Positions 1-8,112 of a stretch of 32,000 bases of DNA are shown one piece after another. This DNA comes from Nitrosospira multiformis ATCC 25196. Lineage in GTDB: Bacteria; Pseudomonadota; Gammaproteobacteria; Burkholderiales; Nitrosomonadaceae. The DNA lies in NCBI RefSeq assembly GCF_000196355.1, contig NC_007614.1, forward strand, positions 870,001 through 902,000, given 5' to 3'. A program made the position numbers and the translations under genes. Positions within the stretch are counted from its first letter, which is position 1, and the number at the start of each line of letters is the position of its first letter. The notes under the pieces were generated by a model that was not told the origin of the DNA, ran no database searches, and saw only the letters and a program-made list of their open reading frames with translations.

Positions 1-663
1 CACTTTGAGCTTGTAAGTCTTGGCCATATTCATGGCCTGCTCCGCAAGATAGGTCGGAGTGCAGATGTTAGGTGCAAGATTGCCCAGATCCTTGGCCAGA
101 CTCATGCCATCGCCCACAGCCAGTCCTTGTTGCAGAGCCTCCTCACTGGCGGTCTGTTCCTCCTCGGTGAGTGACTTGATAATACCGAGGGTAATTTTTT
201 GCAGCTTCGGCTCGGCTTCCTCGACCTTGCTTTTCAGCCGGTCGAAGCGGTACATGCTCTCCAGCCCGCCGACCGCGATTTGCAGGACTTTCCAGGAGAG
301 ATCGCGGTTTTTTACGGGCGCTTCCAGCAGAAACAGAGTGGCATCGGCAGCGCCAGTGTCAGAGAGTGCCTTGAACACTGCGCGTACTGCATCGCGGTAT
401 CCCTTGTCGCCGAGTTCCTGCTCCTTGCCAAGCCCCACCAGCAATACGCGCTCGCAGGCGCTGTTGGGCACATTATGGAGCATCAGGGTCGCGCCCGCTT
501 TGCCTTTCATATCCCCCCGGCTCAGGATGCCGGTAATATAGCCGTTTGCAGATTTGTCCAGCGCTTCGGCAGCAGGGGTCAATTTTTGTTGTTCGAAAAT
601 ACCTGCAACCACACAGGCACTACGCTGTTTTTCGGGTGTTCCGTTCTTTATATTAAATTTCAC
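1..663 (-). CDS. pepA: Leucyl (cytosol) aminopeptidase PepA, M17 family; N-terminal 221 codons, gene continues beyond window start
   Basis: Absent from the ORF track because it is open at the window edge. Manual minus-strand translation from GTG (661-663) gives [66 protein letters not shown]... This is colinear with the PepA N-terminal domain (E. coli [24 protein letters not shown]...). GAGGAG lies 6 nt upstream, and the frame stays open for all 221 codons to position 1. Confidence 0.8.
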   Translation of the reverse strand, partial: [221 protein letters not shown]

Positions 664-854
664 AGCTTGCTCCTCGATTCAAGGCTTGCGGGCCGATTGT
701 TCAAACCGGATAATGCTTCGATTATCGCCGGACTATTCGCATAAAGTCAAAGCAGATACGGGACCGTTTCCAAAAATCTCATAATGGAATTCCTGTCACT
801 CTGTAATGCGGCTGCACCGTGAGCGGCTGTGTCGGAGTGAGAGGGGAGGAATGG

Positions 855-1358
855 ATGATCAGACAGAAGTCGATACGGCGGGTGAAGCCGCCGGAAGATT
901 ATCAGGCCAGGCTTGCCACACCGTTTGCCGTGCTGGGCCTTCGCACGGATGAAGACTGGCTGACCGATATAGAATACCTGCCGCCGGATACGCCCACTCT
1001 CGTTCCGCAAACTCCTCTCGCCAGGGAAGTATGTGATCAGTTACAGGCCTACCTTGCCGATCCGGGTTTCGTGTTCGACCTGTCACTGCACATCGGCGGG
1101 ACGGTTCATCAGCGCCGTGTGTGGCAAGCCATCCAGGATATTCCGGCCGGTGCAACGCGCAGTTATGCCGCTATCGCGGTGGAGTTGCATTCCGCCCCGC
1201 GCGCAGTGGGGCAGGCGTGCGGAGCCAACCGCCTGCCCATCGTTATTCCCTGTCATCGTGTTATCGCCAAAAGCGGCGGTCTTGGAGGTTTCATGAACGC
1301 CAGCGATGGATTGCCGCTCACCATTAAGCGCTGGCTATTGCAGCATGAGGGTATCTGA
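855..1358 (+). CDS. ogt: Methylated-DNA--protein-cysteine methyltransferase (O6-alkylguanine-DNA alkyltransferase)
   Basis: ORF 819-1358. The C-terminal half has the alkyltransferase signature LPIVIPCHRVI (PCHR active-site Cys) and the RSYAAIA...RAVGQACGANR DNA-binding segment. Start placed at ATG 855, preceded by GGAGGA (845-850); GTG 819 is the alternative. Confidence 0.85.
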   Translation: MIRQKSIRRVKPPEDYQARLATPFAVLGLRTDEDWLTDIEYLPPDTPTLVPQTPLAREVCDQLQAYLADPGFVFDLSLHIGGTVHQRRVWQAIQDIPAGATRSYAAIAVELHSAPRAVGQACGANRLPIVIPCHRVIAKSGGLGGFMNASDGLPLTIKRWLLQHEGI

Positions 1359-2256
1359 GCGGAACCCGGAACTGCTCGATGAATTCTGCGATGCGCTGTG
1401 GCTGGAAGATGGGCTCTCGCGCAACACAATGGAGAGCTATCGCAGCGATCTGGAGCAGTTCGGTGACTGGTTCGCCCGACAGAAACCGGATGACAGCAGT
1501 TTTCTGACGGTCACGCATTCCGATCTGCTGGGATTCATGACGGGCAGGTTTTCCGCTGGAATGAAGGCCAGCACCACTAGCCGCGAGCTCTCGAGCCTAA
1601 AGCGGTTTTACCGCTTTCTGTTGCGCCAGGGAAAGATCAATGCAGATCCCACCCTCAATATCGATACACCCAGGCTTCCTCGCAACCTGCCGGTGAGTTT
1701 AACCGAGGCCGACGTGGAAGCCCTGCTTGGCGCACCCGACGTGACCTTTCCGTTGGGATTACGGGATCGCGCCATGCTCGAGGTGCTTTATGCAAGCGGC
1801 CTTCGGGTTTCAGAGCTTGTGAGCCTGGAAAGTGGACAGATCAGCCTGGACATGGGCGTGGTGCGCATCATGGGGAAGGGGGGGAAAGAACGCCTGACAC
1901 CGCTGGGGGAAGAGGCGCTGGAATGGATGGTTCGCTACATCAAGGAAATCCGTCCCGGGCTGCTGGATGGAAAATCGAGTAATGCGCTGTTCGTCACTTA
2001 CCGCGGCGCAGGCATGACCCGTCAGGCTTTCTGGTATCTGATCAAACGCTATGCGCGGCAGGCGGGTATCACGAAGCCATTGTCGCCCCATGGATTGCGT
2101 CATGCCTTTGCGACTCATCTGCTCAATCATGGTGCCGATTTGCGCGTAGTGCAATTGCTGCTCGGCCACGCGGATATTTCAACCACGCAGATATACACTC
2201 ATGTCGCGCGTGAAAGATTGAAAAAAATCCACGAAATGCATCATCCGAGAGGGTGA
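1345..2256 (+). CDS. xerD: Site-specific tyrosine recombinase XerD (chromosome dimer resolution)
   Basis: Full-length colinearity with E. coli XerD (DALWLE..., LRDRAMLEVLYASGLRVSELV, HGLRHAFATHLLNHGADLRVVQLLLGHADISTTQIYTHV with the catalytic Tyr). Start taken as ATG 1345. The ORF-track start at 1306 lies inside ogt. Confidence 0.9.
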   Translation: MRVSERNPELLDEFCDALWLEDGLSRNTMESYRSDLEQFGDWFARQKPDDSSFLTVTHSDLLGFMTGRFSAGMKASTTSRELSSLKRFYRFLLRQGKINADPTLNIDTPRLPRNLPVSLTEADVEALLGAPDVTFPLGLRDRAMLEVLYASGLRVSELVSLESGQISLDMGVVRIMGKGGKERLTPLGEEALEWMVRYIKEIRPGLLDGKSSNALFVTYRGAGMTRQAFWYLIKRYARQAGITKPLSPHGLRHAFATHLLNHGADLRVVQLLLGHADISTTQIYTHVARERLKKIHEMHHPRG

Positions 2257-2375
2257 GGCAAAATTTTACGGCCTGGAACCGCGACGAAGAAAATTACTTT
2301 CGCCCTCCACAAGAAACAAATCCTATCGGCATAGGCTCAGCCAGGCCAGATTGCCGGCAAATGGGTAATGCCTCA

Positions 2376-2403
2376 AGATTCAACTGCCTCTGCCGTTGAA
2401 TCT
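2376..2403. repeat. Perfect 9-bp inverted repeat AGATTCAAC-N10-GTTGAATCT in the xerD/OmpA-like intergenic region
   Basis: Read directly: 2376-2384 AGATTCAAC, 10-nt spacer tgcctctgcc, 2395-2403 GTTGAATCT. No T-run follows, so it is not a canonical terminator. Confidence 0.6.
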
Positions 2404-2421
2404 GCTTGTAACTCTAACTCT

Positions 2422-2456
2422 GCCAAGGTCTAAGGAATCAGCCAAGGTCTAAGGAA
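2422..2456. repeat. Tandem direct repeat, 16-nt core GCCAAGGTCTAAGGAA x2, period 19 nt
   Basis: Read directly: 2422-2437 and 2441-2456 are identical, separated by tca. The repeat lies 67 nt upstream of the OmpA-like start codon. Confidence 0.7.
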
Positions 2457-2522
2457 CCACTTAAGAGCGCTATCAGGAGTTCTCAAGCAATAATTCCCTA
2501 ATCCCCCAAAACAGGAGAAGTC

Positions 2523-3200
2523 ATGCGGAAGCAATTATCGGTTATTTCAATAACGACGGTTTTGGCATTGGGTGGCTGCGCCAGTTCACCCGAAACCCAG
2601 AGTACCAGAACAAGAGACACTGCCATAGGCGCCGGCATTGGCGCAGGTACGGGCGCACTGATTGGAGCAATTGCAGGCAAGGGGAAAGGCGCGGCAATCG
2701 GTGCAGCGGCTGGGGCTGGCCTCGGCGCCATCGCCGGAAACGTGTGGTCCCGGAGAATGGAAGAGCAGAAACGCGAAATGGAGCAGGCCACAGCAGGAAC
2801 AGGGGTGGAAGTTGTGAAAACCTCTGATAATCGCCTGCGGCTGGATATCCCCAGCGATATCTCGTTTGATACCGGTCGCGCCGACATCAGGCCGAATTTC
2901 AGGCCTGTCCTGGACAGCTTTGCCACCAGCCTGAACAATAATCCCATTACAGAGGTGACTATTATCGGTCATACGGACAGCTCGGGCAGTGATGCCGTCA
3001 ACAACCCCTTGTCCTTGAACCGGGCAGCCAGCACGCGGGACTATCTGGCGAGCCGCGGGGTTTCTCCAAACCGCGTAAGGATCGAAGGCCGCGGTTCGCG
3101 CGAGCCTATTGTCGCCAATGACACGCCTCAGAACAGGGCAAGGAATCGCCGGGTTGAAATCTATGTCGCTGAACCGAAAGAAGCTTCCCAGCAATACTAG
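2523..3200 (+). CDS. OmpA-family lipoprotein with N-terminal glycine-zipper segment and C-terminal OmpA/peptidoglycan-binding domain
   Basis: Lipoprotein signal with lipobox (MRKQLSVISITTVLALGGC). Gly-zipper run AIGAGIGAGTGALIGAIAGKGKGAAIGAAAGAGLGAIAG. OmpA_C motifs IIGHTDSSGSDAVNNPLSLNRAASTRDYL and NRRVEIYV. AGGAGA SD 5 nt upstream. Confidence 0.85.
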   Translation: MRKQLSVISITTVLALGGCASSPETQSTRTRDTAIGAGIGAGTGALIGAIAGKGKGAAIGAAAGAGLGAIAGNVWSRRMEEQKREMEQATAGTGVEVVKTSDNRLRLDIPSDISFDTGRADIRPNFRPVLDSFATSLNNNPITEVTIIGHTDSSGSDAVNNPLSLNRAASTRDYLASRGVSPNRVRIEGRGSREPIVANDTPQNRARNRRVEIYVAEPKEASQQY

Positions 3201-3362
3201 GGGAGGCGATAAACCTTTTACAGGTACGCGTCCTCTCGAGGGGGATGTGTACCGCCTGGGGAGTTTATGCCTGAAACCAAGTGTGTTTCCCCCGCATGGG
3301 TAGAACAGTTGTAGCAAGTATGTAATTGCGTCTTGCCAGCCGGCAGCAGTACCTCATGCTCG

Positions 3363-3839
3363 TCATGCATCAGTATCCGGTTCTCTAACCGGAATTCGCC
3401 AGATGAAGACTATCAGGATTACACCCAGTAGAACGAGCATCCCTTGATGCCAGACAGAGGGCACCACCAGGATGGAACTCCCCAGCGACAGCACCAGCAA
3501 CAGATATACCCATCGCTTGACTTTGCGCGGGATGCTGCGATGCTCCATCCATTCGCGGATAATGGGACCGGTGATGCGATTGGTCAGGAGCTTGTCGTGG
3601 AAGTGCTTGGAACTGCGGGCAAAACAGGCGGCTGCCAGCAGCACAAATGGGGTTGTCGGGAGTACTGGCAGCACGATCCCCACTACGCCGAGTATCAGGG
3701 CGACAAATCCTGCGGCGAGATAGAGGGACCGCACAAAACGCGAGTCATGCAGGCGGGCGGATGATCCTTCCGGCTCCCGGGAACATGTCTCTTTGCTGGT
3801 AAATATCTCTTCGACCTTTTCATTTAAGCGATCCTGCAT
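3363..3839 (-). CDS. ybaN: YbaN-like inner membrane protein (DUF454)
   Basis: Core [35 protein letters not shown] matches E. coli YbaN [35 protein letters not shown]. The protein has a roughly 35-aa N-terminal extension relative to E. coli, so the true start is uncertain. Confidence 0.75.
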   Translation of the reverse strand: [158 protein letters not shown]

Positions 3840-4003
3840 GAACTCTCCTTCATACGCTTCACGCTTCGACTAAATGAGTACATGCGCAATGAGCAAGGAA
3901 TCCCTGAACGAAGCCTTCATGATGCTACAGCCGCCCCGTGGGTTGACGGTATAATAAGAGGCAATAAGTATGAAAGGTTTTCATTTCAATTTTCGAGGTC
4001 CTC

Positions 4004-4465
4004 ATGTCCAGGATAAATACACTGATCAGTTTGGGAATATTCATGCTGGGCGCTTTGCTGTTGCCCCAACCCGCCATTTCGGAAACGGGACAGACCCTGT
4101 CTGCCGTGACCCAGCCCATCAAGCAGGATACCAAAATAGGAAGCGGTGAAGAAGCGGCGGTTGGCAAGATGGTTGAAGTGCACTATACCGGCTGGCTTTA
4201 CGATGCGAGCGCTCCCGACAAAAAGGGCGGGAAGTTCGACAGCTCGCGTGACCGTGGCATGCCCTTCTCGTTCCTTGTCGGCGCGGGACGAGTGATCAAA
4301 GGTTGGGACCGGGGCGTGATCGGGATGAAGGTGGGAGGCCAGCGCACATTGATCATTCCGCCCCAACTGGCCTACGGGTCGGAAGGGCGGGGAACTATCC
4401 CGCCAAACGCTACCCTGATTTTCGAGGTAGAGCTTTTGGGAGTGCGCCAGGGTTCGACACACTGA
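4004..4465 (+). CDS. FKBP-type peptidyl-prolyl cis-trans isomerase, secreted/periplasmic
   Basis: Signal-peptide-like N-terminus (MSRINTLISLGIFMLGALLLPQPAISE). FKBP domain: VEVHYTGWL...GKFDSSRDRGMPFSFLVGAGRVIKGWDRGVIGMKVGGQRTLIIPPQLAYG...ATLIFEVELLGV. GAGG SD upstream. Confidence 0.85.
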   Translation: MSRINTLISLGIFMLGALLLPQPAISETGQTLSAVTQPIKQDTKIGSGEEAAVGKMVEVHYTGWLYDASAPDKKGGKFDSSRDRGMPFSFLVGAGRVIKGWDRGVIGMKVGGQRTLIIPPQLAYGSEGRGTIPPNATLIFEVELLGVRQGSTH

Positions 4466-4474
4466 TTGATATCA

Positions 4475-4521
4475 CCCGATTTTCGCGCCGCCGCTACCTC
4501 GCCGAGAAAAGCGGGATTTTA
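4475..4521 (+). terminator. Candidate intrinsic terminator after the FKBP gene
   Basis: CCCGATTTTC (4475-4484) pairs with GAAAAGCGGG (4506-4515) at 9 of 10 positions, with a 21-nt GC-rich loop, followed by ATTTTA. The large loop and weak U-tract make this tentative. Confidence 0.35.
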
Positions 4522-4592
4522 CCCAGATCAACTCATTGGTTTCCCCCTGTGCGGATAATACCTGTACCGGATTAAAAACGCTGAAATCCACG

Positions 4593-4621
4593 TTGACTTA
4601 TCCGCGTAAAACATTCACAAT
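4593..4621 (+). promoter_or_regulatory. Candidate sigma70 promoter of the tRNA-tuf operon
   Basis: TTGACT (4593-4598), 17-nt spacer, CACAAT (4616-4621). An A-rich stretch lies upstream (attaaaaacgctgaaat). tRNA-Tyr begins at 4636. By-eye call only. Confidence 0.35.
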
Positions 4622-4635
4622 TAACGGTTTCGTTT

Positions 4636-4720
<85 letters not shown>

Positions 4721-4897
4721 GATCAGCAGCTGATAATGCGGGCGTTGTAGATTTCTGCGTCTTGAACGCTTTGCGTGGCGAGTTTGGTTCTGGTGAATGG
4801 GAGCGCAGGTAGTGCGTTGGTTGTGCGGTTCGATGATTTTTTCTTCGAAGAGCTGTTGAATGCTTCGCTGGATTTACTGGTCCTGATCGTGCCCGAT

Positions 4898-4971
4898 GCG
4901 GGTGTAGCTCAATGGTAGAGCAGAAGCCTTCCAAGCTTACGACGAGGGTTCGATTCCCTTCACCCGCTCCA
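4898..4971 (+). tRNA. glyT: tRNA-Gly (anticodon TCC), encoded CCA
   Basis: GCGGGTGTAGCTCAATGGTAGAGCAGAAGCCTTCCAAGCTTACGACGAGGGTTCGATTCCCTTCACCCGCTCCA. Acceptor stem GCGGGTG/CACCCGC, anticodon loop CTTCCAA, T-loop GGTTCGATTCC. Confidence 0.92.
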
Positions 4972-5059
4972 GATTCGAAGCGGAGAAATGAGCGTTAACT
5001 AAAAACATTAAAAAATTGGCAAAATTGTTGCGGGGTATTGTTTAGGCAAGGACGTGCTT

Positions 5060-5134
5060 GCCCATGTAGCTCAGTGGCAGAGCACTCCCTTGGTAAGGGA
5101 GAGGTCGCCAGTTCAATCCTGGCCATGGGCTCCA
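5060..5134 (+). tRNA. thrT: tRNA-Thr (anticodon GGT), encoded CCA
   Basis: GCCCATGTAGCTCAGTGGCAGAGCACTCCCTTGGTAAGGGAGAGGTCGCCAGTTCAATCCTGGCCATGGGCTCCA. Acceptor stem GCCCATG/CATGGGC, anticodon loop CTTGGTAAG. The Tyr-Gly-Thr-tuf order matches the E. coli tufB operon. Confidence 0.92.
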
Positions 5135-5169
5135 TAGGCGTCAATTACAGAACTCAAAAAAATGCTTTA

Positions 5170-6372
5170 AAAGGGACATCATGGCAAAGAGCAAATTTGA
5201 GCGGACGAAGCCGCACATCAACGTAGGGACGATAGGTCACGTGGACCATGGGAAGACCACGTTGACGGCGGCGATCACGATGGTATTGGCGAAGAAGTTT
5301 GGTGGGGAAGCGAAGAGTTACGCACAGATAGACTCGGCGCCTGAAGAGAAGGCGCGGGGCATCACGATCAATACCTCGCACGTGGAGTACGAGACGGAGA
5401 AGCGGCATTACGCGCACGTTGACTGTCCTGGTCACGCGGACTATGTGAAGAACATGATCACGGGTGCGGCGCAGATGGACGGTGCGATTCTGGTGGTTTC
5501 GGCGGCGGATGGACCGATGCCGCAGACGCGGGAGCACATTCTTCTGGCGCGGCAGGTAGGGGTTCCCTACATTATTGTCTACATGAACAAGGCGGACATG
5601 GTGGACGATGCGGAACTTCTGGAGCTGGTGGAAATGGAAGTGCGGGAGCTGTTGTCCAAATACAACTTTCCGGGAGATGACACCCCGATAGTGATCGGTT
5701 CTGCACTGAAGGCGCTGGAAGGCGATCAGAGCGACATAGGGGAGCCCTCCATCTACAAGCTTGCGGCGGCGCTGGACAGCTACATTCCGGAGCCCCAGCG
5801 GGCGGTGGACGGGGCATTTCTGATGCCGGTCGAAGACGTTTTTTCCATATCGGGTCGTGGCACGGTGGTGACGGGTCGGGTTGAGCGTGGCGTGATCAAG
5901 GTGGGGGAAGACATCGAGATCGTGGGATTGAAGCCCACCACCAAGACGGTGTGCACGGGTGTGGAGATGTTTCGCAAGCTTCTGGACCAGGGGCAGGCGG
6001 GAGACAACGTGGGCGTATTGCTGCGGGGCACCAAGCGCGAGGAAGTGGAGCGTGGCCAGGTGCTGGCCAAGCCCGGGACCATCACTCCTCATACCAAGTT
6101 CACAGCCGAGATTTACGTTCTGAGCAAGGAAGAGGGCGGGCGTCATACTCCCTTTTTCCAGGGGTACCGGCCGCAGTTTTACTTCCGCACGACGGATGTG
6201 ACGGGTGCAATCGAGTTGCCTGCGGGCACGGAGATGGTGATGCCCGGGGACAATGTGTCGGTGACGGTAAACCTGATTGCGCCGATTGCGATGGAAGAAG
6301 GTCTGCGTTTTGCGATTCGTGAAGGCGGCAGGACCGTGGGCGCAGGCGTCGTGGCAAAAATTATCGAATAGC
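5170..6372 (+). repeat. 1203-bp direct repeat, copy 1 (entire tuf plus 11 nt upstream and 1 nt downstream)
   Basis: Identical to 23910-25112 (offset 18740). I compared the sequence lines at several points. All overlapping six-frame ORFs give identical translations in both copies. The flanks differ at 5169/23909 and at 6373/25113. Confidence 0.9.
5181..6371 (+). CDS. tufB: Elongation factor Tu, copy 1 (tufB-like position downstream of tRNAs)
   Basis: 396 aa. [33 protein letters not shown] with the G1 motif GHVDHGKT, plus DCPGH and NKADMV GTPase motifs. Unmistakable EF-Tu. Confidence 0.98.
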   Translation: MAKSKFERTKPHINVGTIGHVDHGKTTLTAAITMVLAKKFGGEAKSYAQIDSAPEEKARGITINTSHVEYETEKRHYAHVDCPGHADYVKNMITGAAQMDGAILVVSAADGPMPQTREHILLARQVGVPYIIVYMNKADMVDDAELLELVEMEVRELLSKYNFPGDDTPIVIGSALKALEGDQSDIGEPSIYKLAAALDSYIPEPQRAVDGAFLMPVEDVFSISGRGTVVTGRVERGVIKVGEDIEIVGLKPTTKTVCTGVEMFRKLLDQGQAGDNVGVLLRGTKREEVERGQVLAKPGTITPHTKFTAEIYVLSKEEGGRHTPFFQGYRPQFYFRTTDVTGAIELPAGTEMVMPGDNVSVTVNLIAPIAMEEGLRFAIREGGRTVGAGVVAKIIE

Positions 6373-6462
6373 GTCTTGCCCGGGGTCGACTCCAGCGTTG
6401 AAGAGCCTTGCATTCGTATGTGTTTAGGTGAGTTCTTCATTTTTTACCTTTGTTCAAAGTAC

Positions 6463-6538
6463 AGGCCAGTAGCTCAATTGGCAGAGCGTCGGTCTCCAAA
6501 ACCGAAGGTTGGGGGTTCGATGCCCTCCTGGCCTGCCA
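6463..6538 (+). tRNA. trpT: tRNA-Trp (anticodon CCA), encoded CCA end
   Basis: AGGCCAGTAGCTCAATTGGCAGAGCGTCGGTCTCCAAAACCGAAGGTTGGGGGTTCGATGCCCTCCTGGCCTGCCA. Acceptor stem AGGCCAG/CTGGCCT, anticodon loop CTCCAAA. Colinear with E. coli tRNA-Trp. Confidence 0.92.
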
Positions 6539-6703
6539 TCAGGGAATGTCATTTCAAAATCGTCAATAACTGCATGTTTCCAGGGGAAGCAGGGCCTCGT
6601 AATACGTTGTTATTTCGGGTCGTGCAGTGAGGTTGCGCATGAATTTTGCTCGCGCCCCGCTTCGTCTGCTGGCAGGCATTAAAAGGCAGAGTGGGATAGG
6701 TTA

Positions 6704-7048
6704 GTGGATAAGATCAAGTTGGGATTCGCGCTTCTGCTGCTGATTGCGGGTATTGCCGGATTCTATTACCTGCGCGAGAGCGCAATGGTAATTCGCGTCA
6801 TTTCAGTTCTCGGAGGCCTCGTTCTTGCGACCGTGGTGGTGTCGTTCACCGCTCAGGGCAAGCAGTTTTACGCGTTCAGCAGGGAGTCGTGGGAAGAGAC
6901 CAAGAAGGTGGTATGGCCGAACCGGAAGGAGACGGTGCAGACGACGGGTATCGTTTTTGCCTTCGTTCTGGTAATGGCCATGTTCCTGTGGATGATAGAC
7001 GCGGGCCTGCTGCTGGCGGTGAAATATCTCATGGGGCAGGAAGGGTAA
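6704..7048 (+). CDS. secE: Preprotein translocase subunit SecE
   Basis: 114 aa, GTG start, three hydrophobic segments. Conserved C-terminal block [32 protein letters not shown] (E. coli [20 protein letters not shown]). Its stop overlaps the nusG ATG (TAATG). Confidence 0.9.
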   Translation: MDKIKLGFALLLLIAGIAGFYYLRESAMVIRVISVLGGLVLATVVVSFTAQGKQFYAFSRESWEETKKVVWPNRKETVQTTGIVFAFVLVMAMFLWMIDAGLLLAVKYLMGQEG

Positions 7049-7581
7049 TGGAAAAGAAGTGGTATGTGGTTCATGCCTACTCCGGTTTCGAGAAGAGCGT
7101 GCAGCGCGCGCTGAAGGAGCGAATCAGTCGCGCTGGAATGCTGGATAAGTTCGGACAGATACTCGTTCCTGTGGAAGAAGTCATTGAGATGAAAGCAGGA
7201 CAGAAAAATCTCAGCGAACGGAAGTTTTTCCCGGGCTACGTGCTGGTCGAGATGGAGATGACCGACGAAACATGGCACCTGGTCAAAAACACGCCGAAGG
7301 TGACGGGCTTCATTGGCGGTACGGCCATGAATCCTACGCCTATCAGCGAGAAGGAAGTGCAGAACATTCTCCATCAAATTCAGGAAGGGGTGGAAAAACC
7401 CAAGCCCAAGATTCTTTTCGAAACGGGCGAGGCGGTGCGTGTCAAGGAAGGACCATTTACGGATTTTCACGGCAACGTGGAAGACGTCAATTACGACAAA
7501 AGCAAGCTGCGGGTTTCAGTGTCCATTTTTGGACGTCCCACACCTGTAGAGCTGGATTTCAGTCAGGTCGAGAAAGCTTAG
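7048..7581 (+). CDS. nusG: Transcription termination/antitermination factor NusG
   Basis: [26 protein letters not shown]...[31 protein letters not shown]...[21 protein letters not shown] (NGN plus KOW domains). The ORF-track start at 6889 lies inside secE, so ATG 7048 is used. Confidence 0.95.
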   Translation: MEKKWYVVHAYSGFEKSVQRALKERISRAGMLDKFGQILVPVEEVIEMKAGQKNLSERKFFPGYVLVEMEMTDETWHLVKNTPKVTGFIGGTAMNPTPISEKEVQNILHQIQEGVEKPKPKILFETGEAVRVKEGPFTDFHGNVEDVNYDKSKLRVSVSIFGRPTPVELDFSQVEKA

Positions 7582-7679
7582 TGTAAAGGTTTCCGGAAGT
7601 GCCGGAAGGCCGGTCGCATATCGCATATTGTTAACCGGGGAGGGCCTCGAGGGCTCGTTTGAACCCGATAGGAGAGCAG

Positions 7680-8111
7680 ATGGCAAAGAAAATAGTCGGC
7701 TATATCAAATTGCAGGTGCCGGCGGGGAAGGCAAACCCCAGCCCGCCAATAGGCCCTGCCCTGGGGCAGCGAGGACTCAATATCATGGAGTTCTGCAAGG
7801 CATTCAATGCGGCAACGCAGAAAATGGAAGTCGGCCTGCCGGTTCCGGTCGTCATAACCGCTTATGCCGACAAGAGCTTCACCTTTACCATGAAGACCAC
7901 GCCCGCCACCGTGCTGATAAAGAAGGCAGCGGGAGTGGGCAAGGGAAGCGCGAAACCCCATACGGATAAGATAGGACGATTGACACGGAAGCAGATGGAA
8001 GAAATCGCACAGATAAAAATGCCGGATCTGACTGCCGCGGACATGGACGCGGCAGTCCGTACCATTGCGGGTAGTGCTCGCAGCATGGGTATAGAAGTGG
8101 AGGGCGCATAA
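7680..8111 (+). CDS. rplK: 50S ribosomal protein L11
   Basis: [52 protein letters not shown] upstream. The ORF-track start at 7659 is trimmed to ATG 7680. Confidence 0.96.
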   Translation: MAKKIVGYIKLQVPAGKANPSPPIGPALGQRGLNIMEFCKAFNAATQKMEVGLPVPVVITAYADKSFTFTMKTTPATVLIKKAAGVGKGSAKPHTDKIGRLTRKQMEEIAQIKMPDLTAADMDAAVRTIAGSARSMGIEVEGA

Positions 8112-8112
8112 C

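Noticed and set aside
59-744. Plus-strand ORFs of 160 and 181 aa at the left edge of the window.
   Set aside because: They are antisense to a clearly recognisable pepA reading frame, and their products are low-complexity Ser/Ala/Leu-rich sequence. They are spurious.
1345-2256. A tyrosine recombinase, considered as a possible marker of an integrated mobile element or genomic island next to tRNA genes.
   Set aside because: It is full-length colinear with chromosomal XerD. It is flanked by housekeeping genes and lies 2.4 kb from the tRNAs. I see no att-like direct repeats and no cargo genes.
2498-3317. Minus-strand ORFs of 149 and 243 aa overlapping the OmpA-like gene.
   Set aside because: The plus-strand frame carries a lipobox, a glycine zipper and OmpA_C motifs. 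The antisense products have no recognisable features.
4738-4837. tRNA-like fragments in the Tyr-Gly spacer: GCGGGCGTTGTAG resembles the 5' end of the tRNA-Gly, and GGTTCGATGAT resembles a T-loop. Considered as a decayed tRNA pseudogene.
   Set aside because: The two pieces are about 90 nt apart. No complementary acceptor or T stems can be drawn, so no cloverleaf is possible.
5154-6440. A 428-aa minus-strand ORF spanning the whole of tuf copy 1, with a twin 425-aa ORF at 23846-25123 over copy 2.
   Set aside because: It lies in the codon-aligned antisense frame: the triplets share phase with tuf codons. It therefore stays open simply because this highly expressed gene uses no TTA, CTA or TCA codons. 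The product is Arg/His-rich low-complexity sequence with no recognisable domain or SD. This is a codon-bias artefact.
6399-6446. TGAAGA...TCTTCA stem followed by T6 after tuf copy 1, considered as a terminator.
   Set aside because: It has only a 6-bp stem around a 29-nt, poorly paired loop. tRNA-Trp starts 17 nt downstream with no room for its own promoter, so read-through and processing is more plausible than termination.
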